64,000 nucleotides of DNA from Sedimentisphaerales bacterium (GTDB lineage Bacteria; Planctomycetota; Phycisphaerae; Sedimentisphaerales; SM23-30), in the NCBI GenBank assembly GCA_963666285.1, contig OY762713.1; one strand, 5' to 3'. This document shows, in pieces, positions 46,329-55,349 of this stretch; the stretch's first letter is position 1, and every line of letters begins with the position of its first letter. The position numbers were made by a program, and so were the translations under genes. The notes below the pieces were generated by a model, which was not told the DNA's origin, made no database searches, and worked only from the letters and a program-made list of their open reading frames with translations.

Positions 46329-47111
46329 ATGAAAAACAAAAATATAATAATAACTATTACAATAGCAATATTGATTAGTTTTGGCTTGGGTTATCTCTCT
46401 CGCAATACCGAGAGTGAAGAAACTAGACAATTCTGTAAAGAATTGAAAGAAATGGACAATTATGCGGAATTTCCCGGCCAGTTTGAAATCAAAACATGTA
46501 GCGTTGGCCACCTAGAACTCCAAGAATTAGAAAGAGATACAATAGTTTACTTTGAAAGAGATAAATTTTTCCCTTTACCAGTTTATTATTGGGTTGGAGG
46601 TGGTTGGCAAATAGTAACTAATAATGGTGCTTGTGGGCTTACTCATGTTTACCCTATATCTATTACTATATTCAAAAAAGATGAAGTATCACAGTCACCA
46701 AAATTTGAAGAAACGTATTCTAAAGTAAAAATATTTCAGGATATGAATCAAATCAAGGAGATTGTGAAAATTCTTGATAGCCCTGGTATGTATTATGATC
46801 CAGAGGAATATGAGAGTTGGGAAAAAGAAAGAAAAGACCTTATTAGAAGTTCTGATCTTCCAGAAAACGACTCAAACATATTATCTCAACTATCAAAACA
46901 CAATAACCTGATGGTACTTGATTATGGTTATAGACAAATAGCAGTATCATATATCACTCAAGAAGCTTATGATAAAGCCTCTGGAAAAACAGGAATAGAC
47001 TTTTTATCTTATAGTGGAATATCTAATGAGTTATACGACTTGTTAAACAAATACGGCGGAAGCCCTAATATATTGTGGGATAGGGTATATAAACCTGAAC
47101 CACGCCGTTAA
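46329..47111 (+). CDS. Membrane-anchored/exported hypothetical protein, paralog 2
   Basis: Paralog of 45420-46226. Confidence 0.75.
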   Translation: MKNKNIIITITIAILISFGLGYLSRNTESEETRQFCKELKEMDNYAEFPGQFEIKTCSVGHLELQELERDTIVYFERDKFFPLPVYYWVGGGWQIVTNNGACGLTHVYPISITIFKKDEVSQSPKFEETYSKVKIFQDMNQIKEIVKILDSPGMYYDPEEYESWEKERKDLIRSSDLPENDSNILSQLSKHNNLMVLDYGYRQIAVSYITQEAYDKASGKTGIDFLSYSGISNELYDLLNKYGGSPNILWDRVYKPEPRR

Positions 47112-47123
47112 GCTTATTTACTC

Positions 47124-47159
47124 AACTAATACCACCGCAACCGGTGGTATTAGTTTTTT
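47124..47159 (+). terminator. Intrinsic terminator between convergent genes
   Basis: AACTAATACCACCG-CAAC-CGGTGGTATTAGTT plus T-run. Confidence 0.75.
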
Positions 47160-47176
47160 ATATGAATAAATAATAC

Positions 47177-47204
47177 ATGTCTCATAAGGACGATTATGTT
47201 TCAT
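47177..47204 (+). other. dif/Xer-like recombination site 1
   Basis: ATGTCTCATAA-GGACGA-TTATGTTTCAT (11-6-11; compare E. coli dif GGTGCGCATAA-TGTATA-TTATGTTAAAT). Confidence 0.65.
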
Positions 47205-47219
47205 TGACTGAACTATAAC

Positions 47220-47561
47220 CTATTTTTGATTTCTTGAACGACTTTTTTTATCTGGAATAATAACACTACTCCAGTTTTTATCTGAATATTGCTCTAATAA
47301 ATCATTATCAAAGATTTTTATGGTTAGATGGTAATATTCTTTGAAATCTAATAATAGCCAGGTAGAAGCAATTTGCTCAGTGAAACATATAGAAGCATCT
47401 CTATTTTCTTTTGAACCAGAAATGATTTTTACTAATTTTATATACTTGTCGTATCTATCATTTTTAAGCTGTTTATTTCGACTGTCAACCCACTTAATAA
47501 AAGCAAAAATACCAGCAACAATAGGTAGCAAATAACTTAGGTTTTTCAAAATATCTTGCAT
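47220..47561 (-). CDS. Small membrane protein, sole gene between two dif-like sites
   Basis: N-terminal TM helix LSYLLPIVAGIFAFIKW; very AT-rich. Confidence 0.6.
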   Translation of the reverse strand: MQDILKNLSYLLPIVAGIFAFIKWVDSRNKQLKNDRYDKYIKLVKIISGSKENRDASICFTEQIASTWLLLDFKEYYHLTIKIFDNDLLEQYSDKNWSSVIIPDKKSRSRNQK

Positions 47562-47603
47562 AGCTTGTCTTTTCCGTTTTGTGTTGAATTCTAGGCTAAC
47601 GTC

Positions 47604-47631
47604 CAGTCTTATAAGAGCGCTTATGTTTCAT
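47604..47631 (+). other. dif/Xer-like recombination site 2
   Basis: CAGTCTTATAA-GAGCGC-TTATGTTTCAT; contains the stop codon of 47621-48088. Confidence 0.65.
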
Positions 47632-48088
47632 TGCGTATAAAAATTTTTACACTTAGCCAATCTCCATCTGTGACACCTAAATGAGTTCGTAATTTAATAT
47701 CAGCGTATAATTCAACAGTTCGTTTGAGTGGTTTTTTAGCTGCTATACGTAATATAGCTCCATAACTTGCGTTTTGACCTTGTACGGCACATTTGAAATA
47801 ATTATAACCACCCCGTATAAAATGGATTTCGTAGTCAGGATATTCATCTGGTATAGATATAGTATTGGGATCTTCATACCAAAATGCAGGGATTGTTTTT
47901 AATTGTTCTACAATTTCCGGATTTACTGCCAAATTTAAAGTACCTAACTCAAGCTTATCCCATCCACCTATTTCCATTAGTTTATTTTGTCGGTTAGGAT
48001 TTACTTTAATGATCTCTGACTCACTAATCGCTAATAACCCAGTTTTACCCCTACTTCTTGGATTTACCTGACCAGAAAAAAGCATCAT
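47621..48088 (-). CDS. CTP-dependent riboflavin kinase-like (DUF120) domain protein
   Basis: FSGQV N-terminus, GTLNL motif, VELYADIKLRTHLGVTDGDWLSVKI C-terminus. Confidence 0.65.
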   Translation of the reverse strand: MMLFSGQVNPRSRGKTGLLAISESEIIKVNPNRQNKLMEIGGWDKLELGTLNLAVNPEIVEQLKTIPAFWYEDPNTISIPDEYPDYEIHFIRGGYNYFKCAVQGQNASYGAILRIAAKKPLKRTVELYADIKLRTHLGVTDGDWLSVKIFIRNET

Positions 48089-48105
48089 TCACCTCCATCA
48101 TTCAA

Positions 48106-48975
48106 TCAATCATCTTTAGAAAATGTATGATTATGGTAGCTACAATATTCATGATACTCAATTCTAAATGTATTATTCCCACAATTAGGACATTGCTCTT
48201 CTCGATCACTTCCATCTGCCAGAACAGATGAAATATGTCCACTATCATCAATGTCATGTATTTCACCATCTTCGCAGTAAAAAATACAATGCCAGCATTT
48301 TTCACAATAAGCATCAAACATTGCCCTTGCGCCACAGATGCACTCTCCGTAAGTATCATCATCTGGGATTTCAATAACTTTTTCTATCCTTTTAGCCCAA
48401 AACACTCCACCAATTGGCACTTCTGGATACTTCTCTTTTATCATATCTCTACAAACAGTAAAATGACTTCCAGATGTTATTAGATCATCGATTATTACCA
48501 CAGTAGAAGTTAGATGTGTAAATCCATTCCACTTCAAACCTTGTCTAATGCTCTGATAATCCCGTGGACCACCTAAATGGGAAGGTTCTTTATTAATAGT
48601 TCTAACTATTGGTTTTTGAATATTTATATTTGGACAAGTTTTTTTTAATAAGTCCAACGTCTGTTCAAACCTATCATCATATTCCGCTGCATCGTGAGCG
48701 TAAGAGGGAGGAATAAATATTACTGTGTTATCCGTAAAATCAAGGTAATTTAGCTCTTGAGCGAATTTTTTTATTGCTTCTCCCTTATAATACCATTCTT
48801 GTTTGCATCTTTTCTCATGATCCTTCTTGAAGTTATGAATTAAACTGTTAGTTTCTGAATCTTGATATGAACCGCCAGCTATATATTCACGCGCATACCA
48901 ACAGTCGTCATTAACATTCAAACATGACGGAAACCCATGCTCTGTTCGCTCAATTTTTTTCCAGTTTAGTGTCAT
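48106..48975 (-). CDS. Phosphoribosyltransferase-like (ComFC/ShosT-like) protein with Cys-rich C-terminal extension
   Basis: SLIHNFKK, FIPPS, VVIIDDLITSGSHF PRPP loop; CICG, CEKC, CPNC at C-terminus. Confidence 0.8.
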   Translation of the reverse strand: MTLNWKKIERTEHGFPSCLNVNDDCWYAREYIAGGSYQDSETNSLIHNFKKDHEKRCKQEWYYKGEAIKKFAQELNYLDFTDNTVIFIPPSYAHDAAEYDDRFEQTLDLLKKTCPNINIQKPIVRTINKEPSHLGGPRDYQSIRQGLKWNGFTHLTSTVVIIDDLITSGSHFTVCRDMIKEKYPEVPIGGVFWAKRIEKVIEIPDDDTYGECICGARAMFDAYCEKCWHCIFYCEDGEIHDIDDSGHISSVLADGSDREEQCPNCGNNTFRIEYHEYCSYHNHTFSKDD

Positions 48976-49885
48976 TTGAACCCAATTCAGAAAGAATATC
49001 ATTTAAATCTTTAACTCTAAAAGCACCTTTTTCTTCATACATTTTAGGCCAGGTTATATTTCGATTATCAAAACAGGAATTAAGTATAAATAACTTTCTT
49101 CCTTGTCGCAGACACTCTCTGGCTTGAGTCAATGTTCCACTCTTCTCTGAAGCTTCAACAATAACAGTAGCTTCAGATATTGCAGACATAGTTGCATTTC
49201 GTGCCGGAAAATAGTTTCTTTTAGACTGAAACGGCTGATGTTCATAATAATAAAATGGAACCTGGCTAATCAGCAAATGATGCTTAGCTATTTCATTTTG
49301 AAGTTTGATATTTTCTTTTGGATAATATTGATTTATAGGTGTACCAATAACTCCAATTGTCTTGCCTTTATATTGAATTGCTGCTTCCAATGCAGCAGTA
49401 TCAACACCTAAAGCTAAACCAGAAACTATCGTAAAACCATTATCAACTAATCCGCACGCTAATTTAGCTGCTCTTCTTTTCCCTTCTTCTGAACAACTCC
49501 TGGCCCCAACAATTGAGATACAGCGACTTTCAAGTAATCCAATATCACCCTTATAATAAAAAAGTGGTATTGGGTTTGAGGCATCTTTAAGCCTTTCTGG
49601 ATATTGAAATGATCCTTTTACGCATACAGAAAAATCATCTTGATTATCTTCAAATTGTTTCTTAAAGAATTCATCTACTCTTTCCCAATAGTTTGAAGTT
49701 TCACCCTCAAAGAATGTTCTTCCGTGATTTTCAAGATGAAAGAACACTCTTGAAGGCAGAGATTCGTTATATTCTCGAAATAGTTCTGCTATCTTTTTAT
49801 ATGATGCTTTCTCCATATCACATAATGCTTCGTAGTAACACATCTCTTGATAAGGAGATATTGCATTTGAAAATTGCAATTCCAT
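48950..49885 (-). CDS. dprA: DprA/Smf-family protein (ShosA-like)
   Basis: YPERL...FYYKGD, SIVGAR, IVSGLALGVDTAA, FPARNATMSAIS, VEASEKSGTLTQA. Confidence 0.9.
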   Translation of the reverse strand: MELQFSNAISPYQEMCYYEALCDMEKASYKKIAELFREYNESLPSRVFFHLENHGRTFFEGETSNYWERVDEFFKKQFEDNQDDFSVCVKGSFQYPERLKDASNPIPLFYYKGDIGLLESRCISIVGARSCSEEGKRRAAKLACGLVDNGFTIVSGLALGVDTAALEAAIQYKGKTIGVIGTPINQYYPKENIKLQNEIAKHHLLISQVPFYYYEHQPFQSKRNYFPARNATMSAISEATVIVEASEKSGTLTQARECLRQGRKLFILNSCFDNRNITWPKMYEEKGAFRVKDLNDILSELGSNDTKLEKN

Positions 49886-50074
49886 TCTGTTTCAACCTTT
49901 TCTTATTGCCTTAAAAGTCTTATATAAATTCTACTCAATCTATATAATTCTATATAATAACCGGGTAGGTAGTCAACAACCATATATATCCATAGGATTA
50001 TCGACATTTCTGTCAAATTTCATGCAATTATCACATAAGTGATTTAATTACAATACGTTAATCAAAGATTAGCA

Positions 50075-50359
50075 CTAAAATATAGGAAAATCTCTCCATA
50101 ATCTCTTTGTCACCTCTTTATAGTCAAGTTCAAGAACTATCAAATATCCAGAGTAGTTATCCATATTTTTAGGTGTATTACCATCCACTTTTTCATACAT
50201 TAGCGTTCCATGCTCTGTAGTTACCATTTTGGATATGGTTTCTGCTTTTTCACAAAATTGCTGGTAAACCCAGTTAATTGCCTGTTTTGAGCTTTTAAAG
50301 CCATCTTTTTGCTCTGTTACTAATCCATTTTCTAATACTTGTACGATGTAATTATCCAT
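50075..50359 (-). CDS. Hypothetical protein
   Basis: 94-aa ORF with AAGGAG RBS. Confidence 0.55.
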   Translation of the reverse strand: MDNYIVQVLENGLVTEQKDGFKSSKQAINWVYQQFCEKAETISKMVTTEHGTLMYEKVDGNTPKNMDNYSGYLIVLELDYKEVTKRLWRDFPIF

Positions 50360-50524
50360 TATTATCTCCTTTATTTACAGGAAGTTAATTTAATAATTAT
50401 ATATTCGATCTTCTGTACCAAAAATCCTTTATTATTTTTTTAAAAAACAATACCAATAACGCCCTATAACAAAACTTATGCTCAAACCTTTTCATAAGTC
50501 ATTATAAAACAGGGTATTTACGTT

Positions 50525-50552
50525 AGGTCCGATAATGGACATTATGTTACAT
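50525..50552 (+). other. dif/Xer-like recombination site 3 (closest to canonical dif)
   Basis: AGGTCCGATAA-TGGACA-TTATGTTACAT; right arm differs from E. coli XerD arm at one base; intergenic. Confidence 0.75.
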
Positions 50553-50664
50553 TAGGCCAAATTCACCGGCAGGGCGGTCGGAAAAAACATCAAATATTGA
50601 ACTCAAATCATAATTTTAATAAAAACTATTGAAAATACAACAACTGTTAGTCATAATAGATTTT

Positions 50665-50872
50665 GACAATTTGAGACCGTTTTGGACGTATCCAGTGAAA
50701 TACCGCTAATTTTTTATTGAATAGATGCGTTGGTAACGGCACTCTCAGGAACCTTCACAAACATTATGCAGAGGTGACTGAGGGTGCTATGCTATGTGTT
50801 CTATTCTGGCTTTAGCGGGCCTTCACTGGGCATATAGGCGTAGCGCCCTCTGGAACCTCTGTTTTTTTGCGC
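50665..50872 (+). ncRNA. Structured RNA / leader element family A, copy 2
   Basis: Same nested helices as 40957-41172; TTGAAA-N17-CATAAT promoter 7 nt before the shared GACAATTTG. Confidence 0.65.
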
Positions 50873-51005
50873 ACATAGATTCAGATACCTTCATTGAGTA
50901 AACAGAGTCGGGACAAGCCAAATATCGGCGTATTACTTTGAAATAACAACAACCAATAAAACATAGAAAGATGTTGGCTAAAAACTAAACACAACTATGA
51001 AAAAA

Positions 51006-51077
51006 TCAATTTTGGCAAGCACGATCTCGCCAAATCTCCCAGAACATAACAATAGGTGGGATCGTGCTGGCTTTTTA
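51006..51077 (+). ncRNA. Large-loop hairpin family B, copy 2
   Basis: TCAATTTTGGC leader, stem GCAAGCACGATCTCGCC/GGTGGGATCGTGCTGGC, loop with CATAACA, T-run. Confidence 0.55.
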
Positions 51078-51339
51078 TTTTTTTGCTTGCTACGAGTTAT
51101 CAGTATTTGGTATTATTGACACTGGTTGGATTGCCTGATGCCAGCACATTTAAAGTGCGTAACTATTTTTTCCTCTATTAATAACAGGTAATTCAGAAGG
51201 TAAGAGTGAATTTGAAAAAAGGATTTTTGACACTATTTGACAAAGGATTAAAAACTATGCTCAAACGGCATGGGACGGCACTGCTGTCTCTCCCCTGCCA
51301 AAATACAACAACTGAATATAAGATCAACACTGATCTTTT

Positions 51340-51482
51340 GACACTTTCACTGAAACCGGCAAGTTTATTAAAGAGGTGTAAAAAAGACAGTACCCGATAT
51401 GGGTACTGCTTTGCGCAACCTCTTTGGGTTCCTTGCCGGATACCTCAGTGAAATGCGTGGGTAGTGCCCATTTTTTATGGGC
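51340..51482 (+). ncRNA. Family A-like structured leader (sequence-divergent third member)
   Basis: Nested pairs TTTCACTGA/TCAGTGAAA, CCGGCAAG/CTTGCCGG, AAAGAGGT/ACCTCTTT, CAGTACCC/GGGTACTG; tail GTAGTGCCCA + T6. Confidence 0.6.
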
Positions 51483-51568
51483 ATAAGCAGGAAGATATAA
51501 AAATGGGATAAATCGGGATAACGTATTCCGAAAATAATATTACTTCCTTTTTTGAAAGGAGAGCTTTT

Positions 51569-54500
51569 ATGAAATTGGTACGATTATTGGTTCTTTTATT
51601 TACTATGGTATCGTGTGTGTGGGCAGGCGAACTCCCAGTTCAAATTGCTTCGACAACACCAATAGTAGCAACAGCGAATAGCTCATCAAACACAAACATA
51701 CCGTCTAATGCAAAAATATTAGTGTATGATTGCGGCGATAGCTCTATTCAAAGAGCACTCGGTATATTAGGTTTGTCATACGATGTAATAGAAGCAAATC
51801 AATCAGTTACAGAATATGACTTAGCTAGCCATGACATATTGATAGTTGGCTGGGACAGTAGCGATCCAAGTGATACAAACGGTCTTTCACCTTCTGTTAT
51901 AGAAAAAGGAATTACTGGCCGCATTATTTTAACTGGTCATGATACAGATTGGCATACTGCAAATGACGAAAACGCAAATGACCAACAAGCAGCTCAAACT
52001 TTTCTGACACAATGTATAGAATATATTTTGGACGGTGCAGGAACCGGATTGTTAGCTCATGGAGAAATGCATGATGGGTTTGAATGGCTCCCGGAAGAAT
52101 GGGGAATCACTCCACAATGTGAAATTGCAGAAGAACATGTTGAATCATTCACAACTGAAGGTATTAACAGTGGTATTTTTGAAGGCCTCGACACAGACGA
52201 TATGTCAAATTGGGGCCAATCTTTCCACAATTACTTTGAAAGTTGGGGGCGTGGATTTGAACCTTTTGAACTTGGACGTAGTAATGGTACAGATGTGATA
52301 ACAATTGGCACGCCATTTAATGCTTACGGTTTCAGATTTACTAAAGAAGACGATGTTGATGATGGTAGTTGTGTAACCCCTATTGACGGTGGTGACACCG
52401 ATATTGTATATACTATCTGCTGGAAGAACATAACAGGCCAGACCTTGACAGATGTGCGAATTGTGGACACATTACCTGCTGGTGTTGATTACCCTGCCGG
52501 ATGGGATAGTGTAGATGTGGTAGATGGAGAGATTGTTGTAACTCCTGGCGACCCACTCTACTCGAAATCAGAACATACATATACATGGGAAATAGGAACA
52601 GTCGATCCAGTTGAAGAAGACCCGAACAGTATTGATGAAGACTGGTCTTGTGTAACACTTGAAGTTGTCGTAAATGAAAATGCAATTCCTGGAATGATGC
52701 TGCATAATGAAGCTGTAATAATAGGAACATATTGCGTTGAGACACCTGATCCGAATGACCCAAATACAATGATAACTACCTGCTATGAGAAAGAATTTGC
52801 TATTGCAACAGAAGATACACCTGTATGTTGTTGGGACGATTCAAGCGTGATTTATGTTTCAGAAAATGCTACAGGGGCAAATACGGGATTGAACTGGACT
52901 GACGCATATAACACCGAATACGGACTGAAAATGGCTCTTGACCGGGCTATAGACTCAACATGTGGTGGCCCATTCACTATTTATGTAGCACAAGGAACAT
53001 ATCTGCCGGGAACAGATGTTTCTGAATATTTTGATTTGCCGGATGATATAGAAGTTTATGGCGGTTTCCCAACTAAAGGCTGTGACTTTGCCGATAGAAA
53101 TCCTAAGATGTATGAATCAATATTAAGTGGAAACATAAGCGCATATGACTCATCATTCACGGTAGTCGAAATGGGCCTAGACAGTACGCTTGATGGTGTA
53201 ACAATTTCAGACGGATATGATTACAATGTTCATGGCTATCAATTTACTGTTAAAAACTGTATTATTGAAAATGCAGTGAATTATGGTATTTATGCAGAAG
53301 ATGGTAATGCTACAATTAAATCTTGTATGATTAGAAATAATGGTGCAGACGGAGTTTACCATGAAAGTATCGCGGGTAACTTAGATGTGTCCAACTCATG
53401 GGTTATGAGAAACAATAGGCACGGTATCGAATGTGTTTACTCTACTCCAAAAGTTGTCAGTTCAATTGTAAGTGAAAGCGATCTATCTAATGAAGGTCGT
53501 GCAGGTATATATATTAAAAACCCTGCCTCAACTCCTATTATACACAATGTCACTATCGCAAATAACAGGTCTCTCGGCCTGCATTTTGAAGATCTGGCGG
53601 TAATAGAAGATCCGAATGACCCAAATAACTTTACTATGGACTACCCAAATTTGGATAGTTGCATTATTTTCTACAATAATAAGGATGAAAATGAATCTTA
53701 CGGCAGTCAGCTAAGCGGAGTAACTGTGAATAGTGTTGCTTCATATTGTTGTATTCAGGGCTGTGATGCAGGAGTAAATAATAACATCAGTGCTGTTCCT
53801 GATTTTGCTTATGAAGTTAACTCTGCGGGTGAACCTGACCCGGAAAATTATCACATTTCTGCGGCTTCAATTTGCAAGAATGCTGGAAATCCAAACCTTG
53901 TCTATACAGACCAGACAGATTATGATAATGAAAGCCGTATTGCAGATGATGGCGTGAGAATTGTTGATATTGGAGCTGATGAAGTATATTCGTGCAGTGG
54001 AGATTACACCGAAGAAGATATTTCCAATCCATTAGATACTAATGCTGATGGTGTGATTAATATGATAGAATTTCAGCCGATAGCTAGTAGTTGGCTGAGC
54101 CTTGACCCTAATGACCCTAGATGGGACAGTGATCCAAACTGGGCCGATCCTGACGACACTCTTAACTGGGATGGAAAGGCGAATTTGGATGACACTGGTG
54201 ATAGTCTGCATATTATTGATCTGGCTGACCTTGAGTTATTCTGTGAAAACTGGCTCTGGAAAGCGTGCTGGTATGACGCTGCTAATTCGGTAGAAACCAC
54301 AACCGCATCTACAGAATCAATGACACTGCTTTCAACAAATACGACAGGAATAGCAAGCTTTGCGAGAACAACTTCAACACTAATGCTGGCTGAAGATACG
54401 ACAGAGGAAGAGCGTAATTTATACGATACCCTGTCGAATGCTGAACTTGCTCAAGTTGTTATAGATTTCCGATATTTACAGGAAAATGTACTGGAAATGC

Positions 54501-54601
54501 TGGAGGAATGCCCAGTTGACAGTGAAGATGAGCAAAATTTACTGGATTTGCTGGTATTTTTCGATGATGAACTAGTCAGAATTAAAGAATCTTTGCAATA
54601 A
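51569..54601 (+). CDS. Large secreted/surface protein: DUF11-like domain, right-handed beta-helix, dockerin-like C-terminus
   Basis: Signal peptide; IVYTICWKN...IVDTLPAGV; IYVAQGTYLP; VDIGADEV; DTNADGVINMIEF and IIDLADLELFCENWL; DPNDPN motifs. Confidence 0.75.
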   Translation: MKLVRLLVLLFTMVSCVWAGELPVQIASTTPIVATANSSSNTNIPSNAKILVYDCGDSSIQRALGILGLSYDVIEANQSVTEYDLASHDILIVGWDSSDPSDTNGLSPSVIEKGITGRIILTGHDTDWHTANDENANDQQAAQTFLTQCIEYILDGAGTGLLAHGEMHDGFEWLPEEWGITPQCEIAEEHVESFTTEGINSGIFEGLDTDDMSNWGQSFHNYFESWGRGFEPFELGRSNGTDVITIGTPFNAYGFRFTKEDDVDDGSCVTPIDGGDTDIVYTICWKNITGQTLTDVRIVDTLPAGVDYPAGWDSVDVVDGEIVVTPGDPLYSKSEHTYTWEIGTVDPVEEDPNSIDEDWSCVTLEVVVNENAIPGMMLHNEAVIIGTYCVETPDPNDPNTMITTCYEKEFAIATEDTPVCCWDDSSVIYVSENATGANTGLNWTDAYNTEYGLKMALDRAIDSTCGGPFTIYVAQGTYLPGTDVSEYFDLPDDIEVYGGFPTKGCDFADRNPKMYESILSGNISAYDSSFTVVEMGLDSTLDGVTISDGYDYNVHGYQFTVKNCIIENAVNYGIYAEDGNATIKSCMIRNNGADGVYHESIAGNLDVSNSWVMRNNRHGIECVYSTPKVVSSIVSESDLSNEGRAGIYIKNPASTPIIHNVTIANNRSLGLHFEDLAVIEDPNDPNNFTMDYPNLDSCIIFYNNKDENESYGSQLSGVTVNSVASYCCIQGCDAGVNNNISAVPDFAYEVNSAGEPDPENYHISAASICKNAGNPNLVYTDQTDYDNESRIADDGVRIVDIGADEVYSCSGDYTEEDISNPLDTNADGVINMIEFQPIASSWLSLDPNDPRWDSDPNWADPDDTLNWDGKANLDDTGDSLHIIDLADLELFCENWLWKACWYDAANSVETTTASTESMTLLSTNTTGIASFARTTSTLMLAEDTTEEERNLYDTLSNAELAQVVIDFRYLQENVLEMLEECPVDSEDEQNLLDLLVFFDDELVRIKESLQ

Positions 54602-54622
54602 ATTATGCAATAACCATTGAAA

Positions 54623-54664
54623 CTGCCTGCCGTTATTTGATATAATGACGGCAGGTAAGTTTTT
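54623..54664 (+). terminator. Intrinsic terminator-like hairpin
   Basis: CTGCCTGCCGTTAT...ATGACGGCAGGTA followed by T-run. Confidence 0.55.
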
Positions 54665-54691
54665 ATTTCATAAAGGTTACAGGAGAGAAAT

Positions 54692-55321
54692 ATGAAAAAT
54701 ATTATGATGTTATTACTGTTGGTCTGTGGTTCACAATGCTTTTCAGCTATTACTGATCCCAGTAGCGTTGCAACTGACGGCTTCTTGAATAAGGGTGAAT
54801 ATGGTGGGCATGTCAAAGTAACAGAAGATAGCGTTTTAACTGTTAATGGCGGCGGGGCCAGTGATATTGATCTTTTTGACTCAGCCTCTTTAACCGTTAA
54901 ATCTACTTCCGAACCTTATGTTGATTTTGAAAGTGGAATATCTTGGATAGTCCCTAGTGACAATAGTAATGTAACTGTTTCTGGCGGTGTTATTAATTAT
55001 ATTTATGTCCAAAAAAATGCTTCAGCATGGATAGATGGTGGCCAGGTAAACTATATTAGAAGTATCCAAAAACCTGATCTTGGAAAAACTATTACTATTG
55101 ACTGTGAAAAAGATACCTGGTCATGGATTGGTGAAGAAGATAATTACACCGGCATAACAGGTACTTGGCATAATGGTGATGATTTTACAATTACATTTCT
55201 AAACGATACAATTCAAAACAAATTCCCAGATACATGGACACACGTTCGAGTTATACCAGAGCCAGCATCAATGATACTGCTTGGACTTGGTGGTCTCTTC
55301 CTGAAGAAAAGAAGAATATAA
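54692..55321 (+). CDS. PEP-CTERM sorting-domain protein 1
   Basis: Signal peptide; IPEPASMILLGLGGLFLKKRR. Confidence 0.9.
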   Translation: MKNIMMLLLLVCGSQCFSAITDPSSVATDGFLNKGEYGGHVKVTEDSVLTVNGGGASDIDLFDSASLTVKSTSEPYVDFESGISWIVPSDNSNVTVSGGVINYIYVQKNASAWIDGGQVNYIRSIQKPDLGKTITIDCEKDTWSWIGEEDNYTGITGTWHNGDDFTITFLNDTIQNKFPDTWTHVRVIPEPASMILLGLGGLFLKKRRI

Positions 55322-55349
55322 ATATTTTCATATTTTACAGGAGAGAAAT

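Noticed and set aside
48950..49885. dprA as part of a natural-competence locus
   Set aside because: Short form overlapping a PRTase gene in an AT-rich cassette with no com genes nearby; fits the defence/TA type better
40963..51451. Short ORFs 40963-41151 and 51206-51451 over the structured elements
   Set aside because: Weak starts, no RBS, reading frame not conserved between copies
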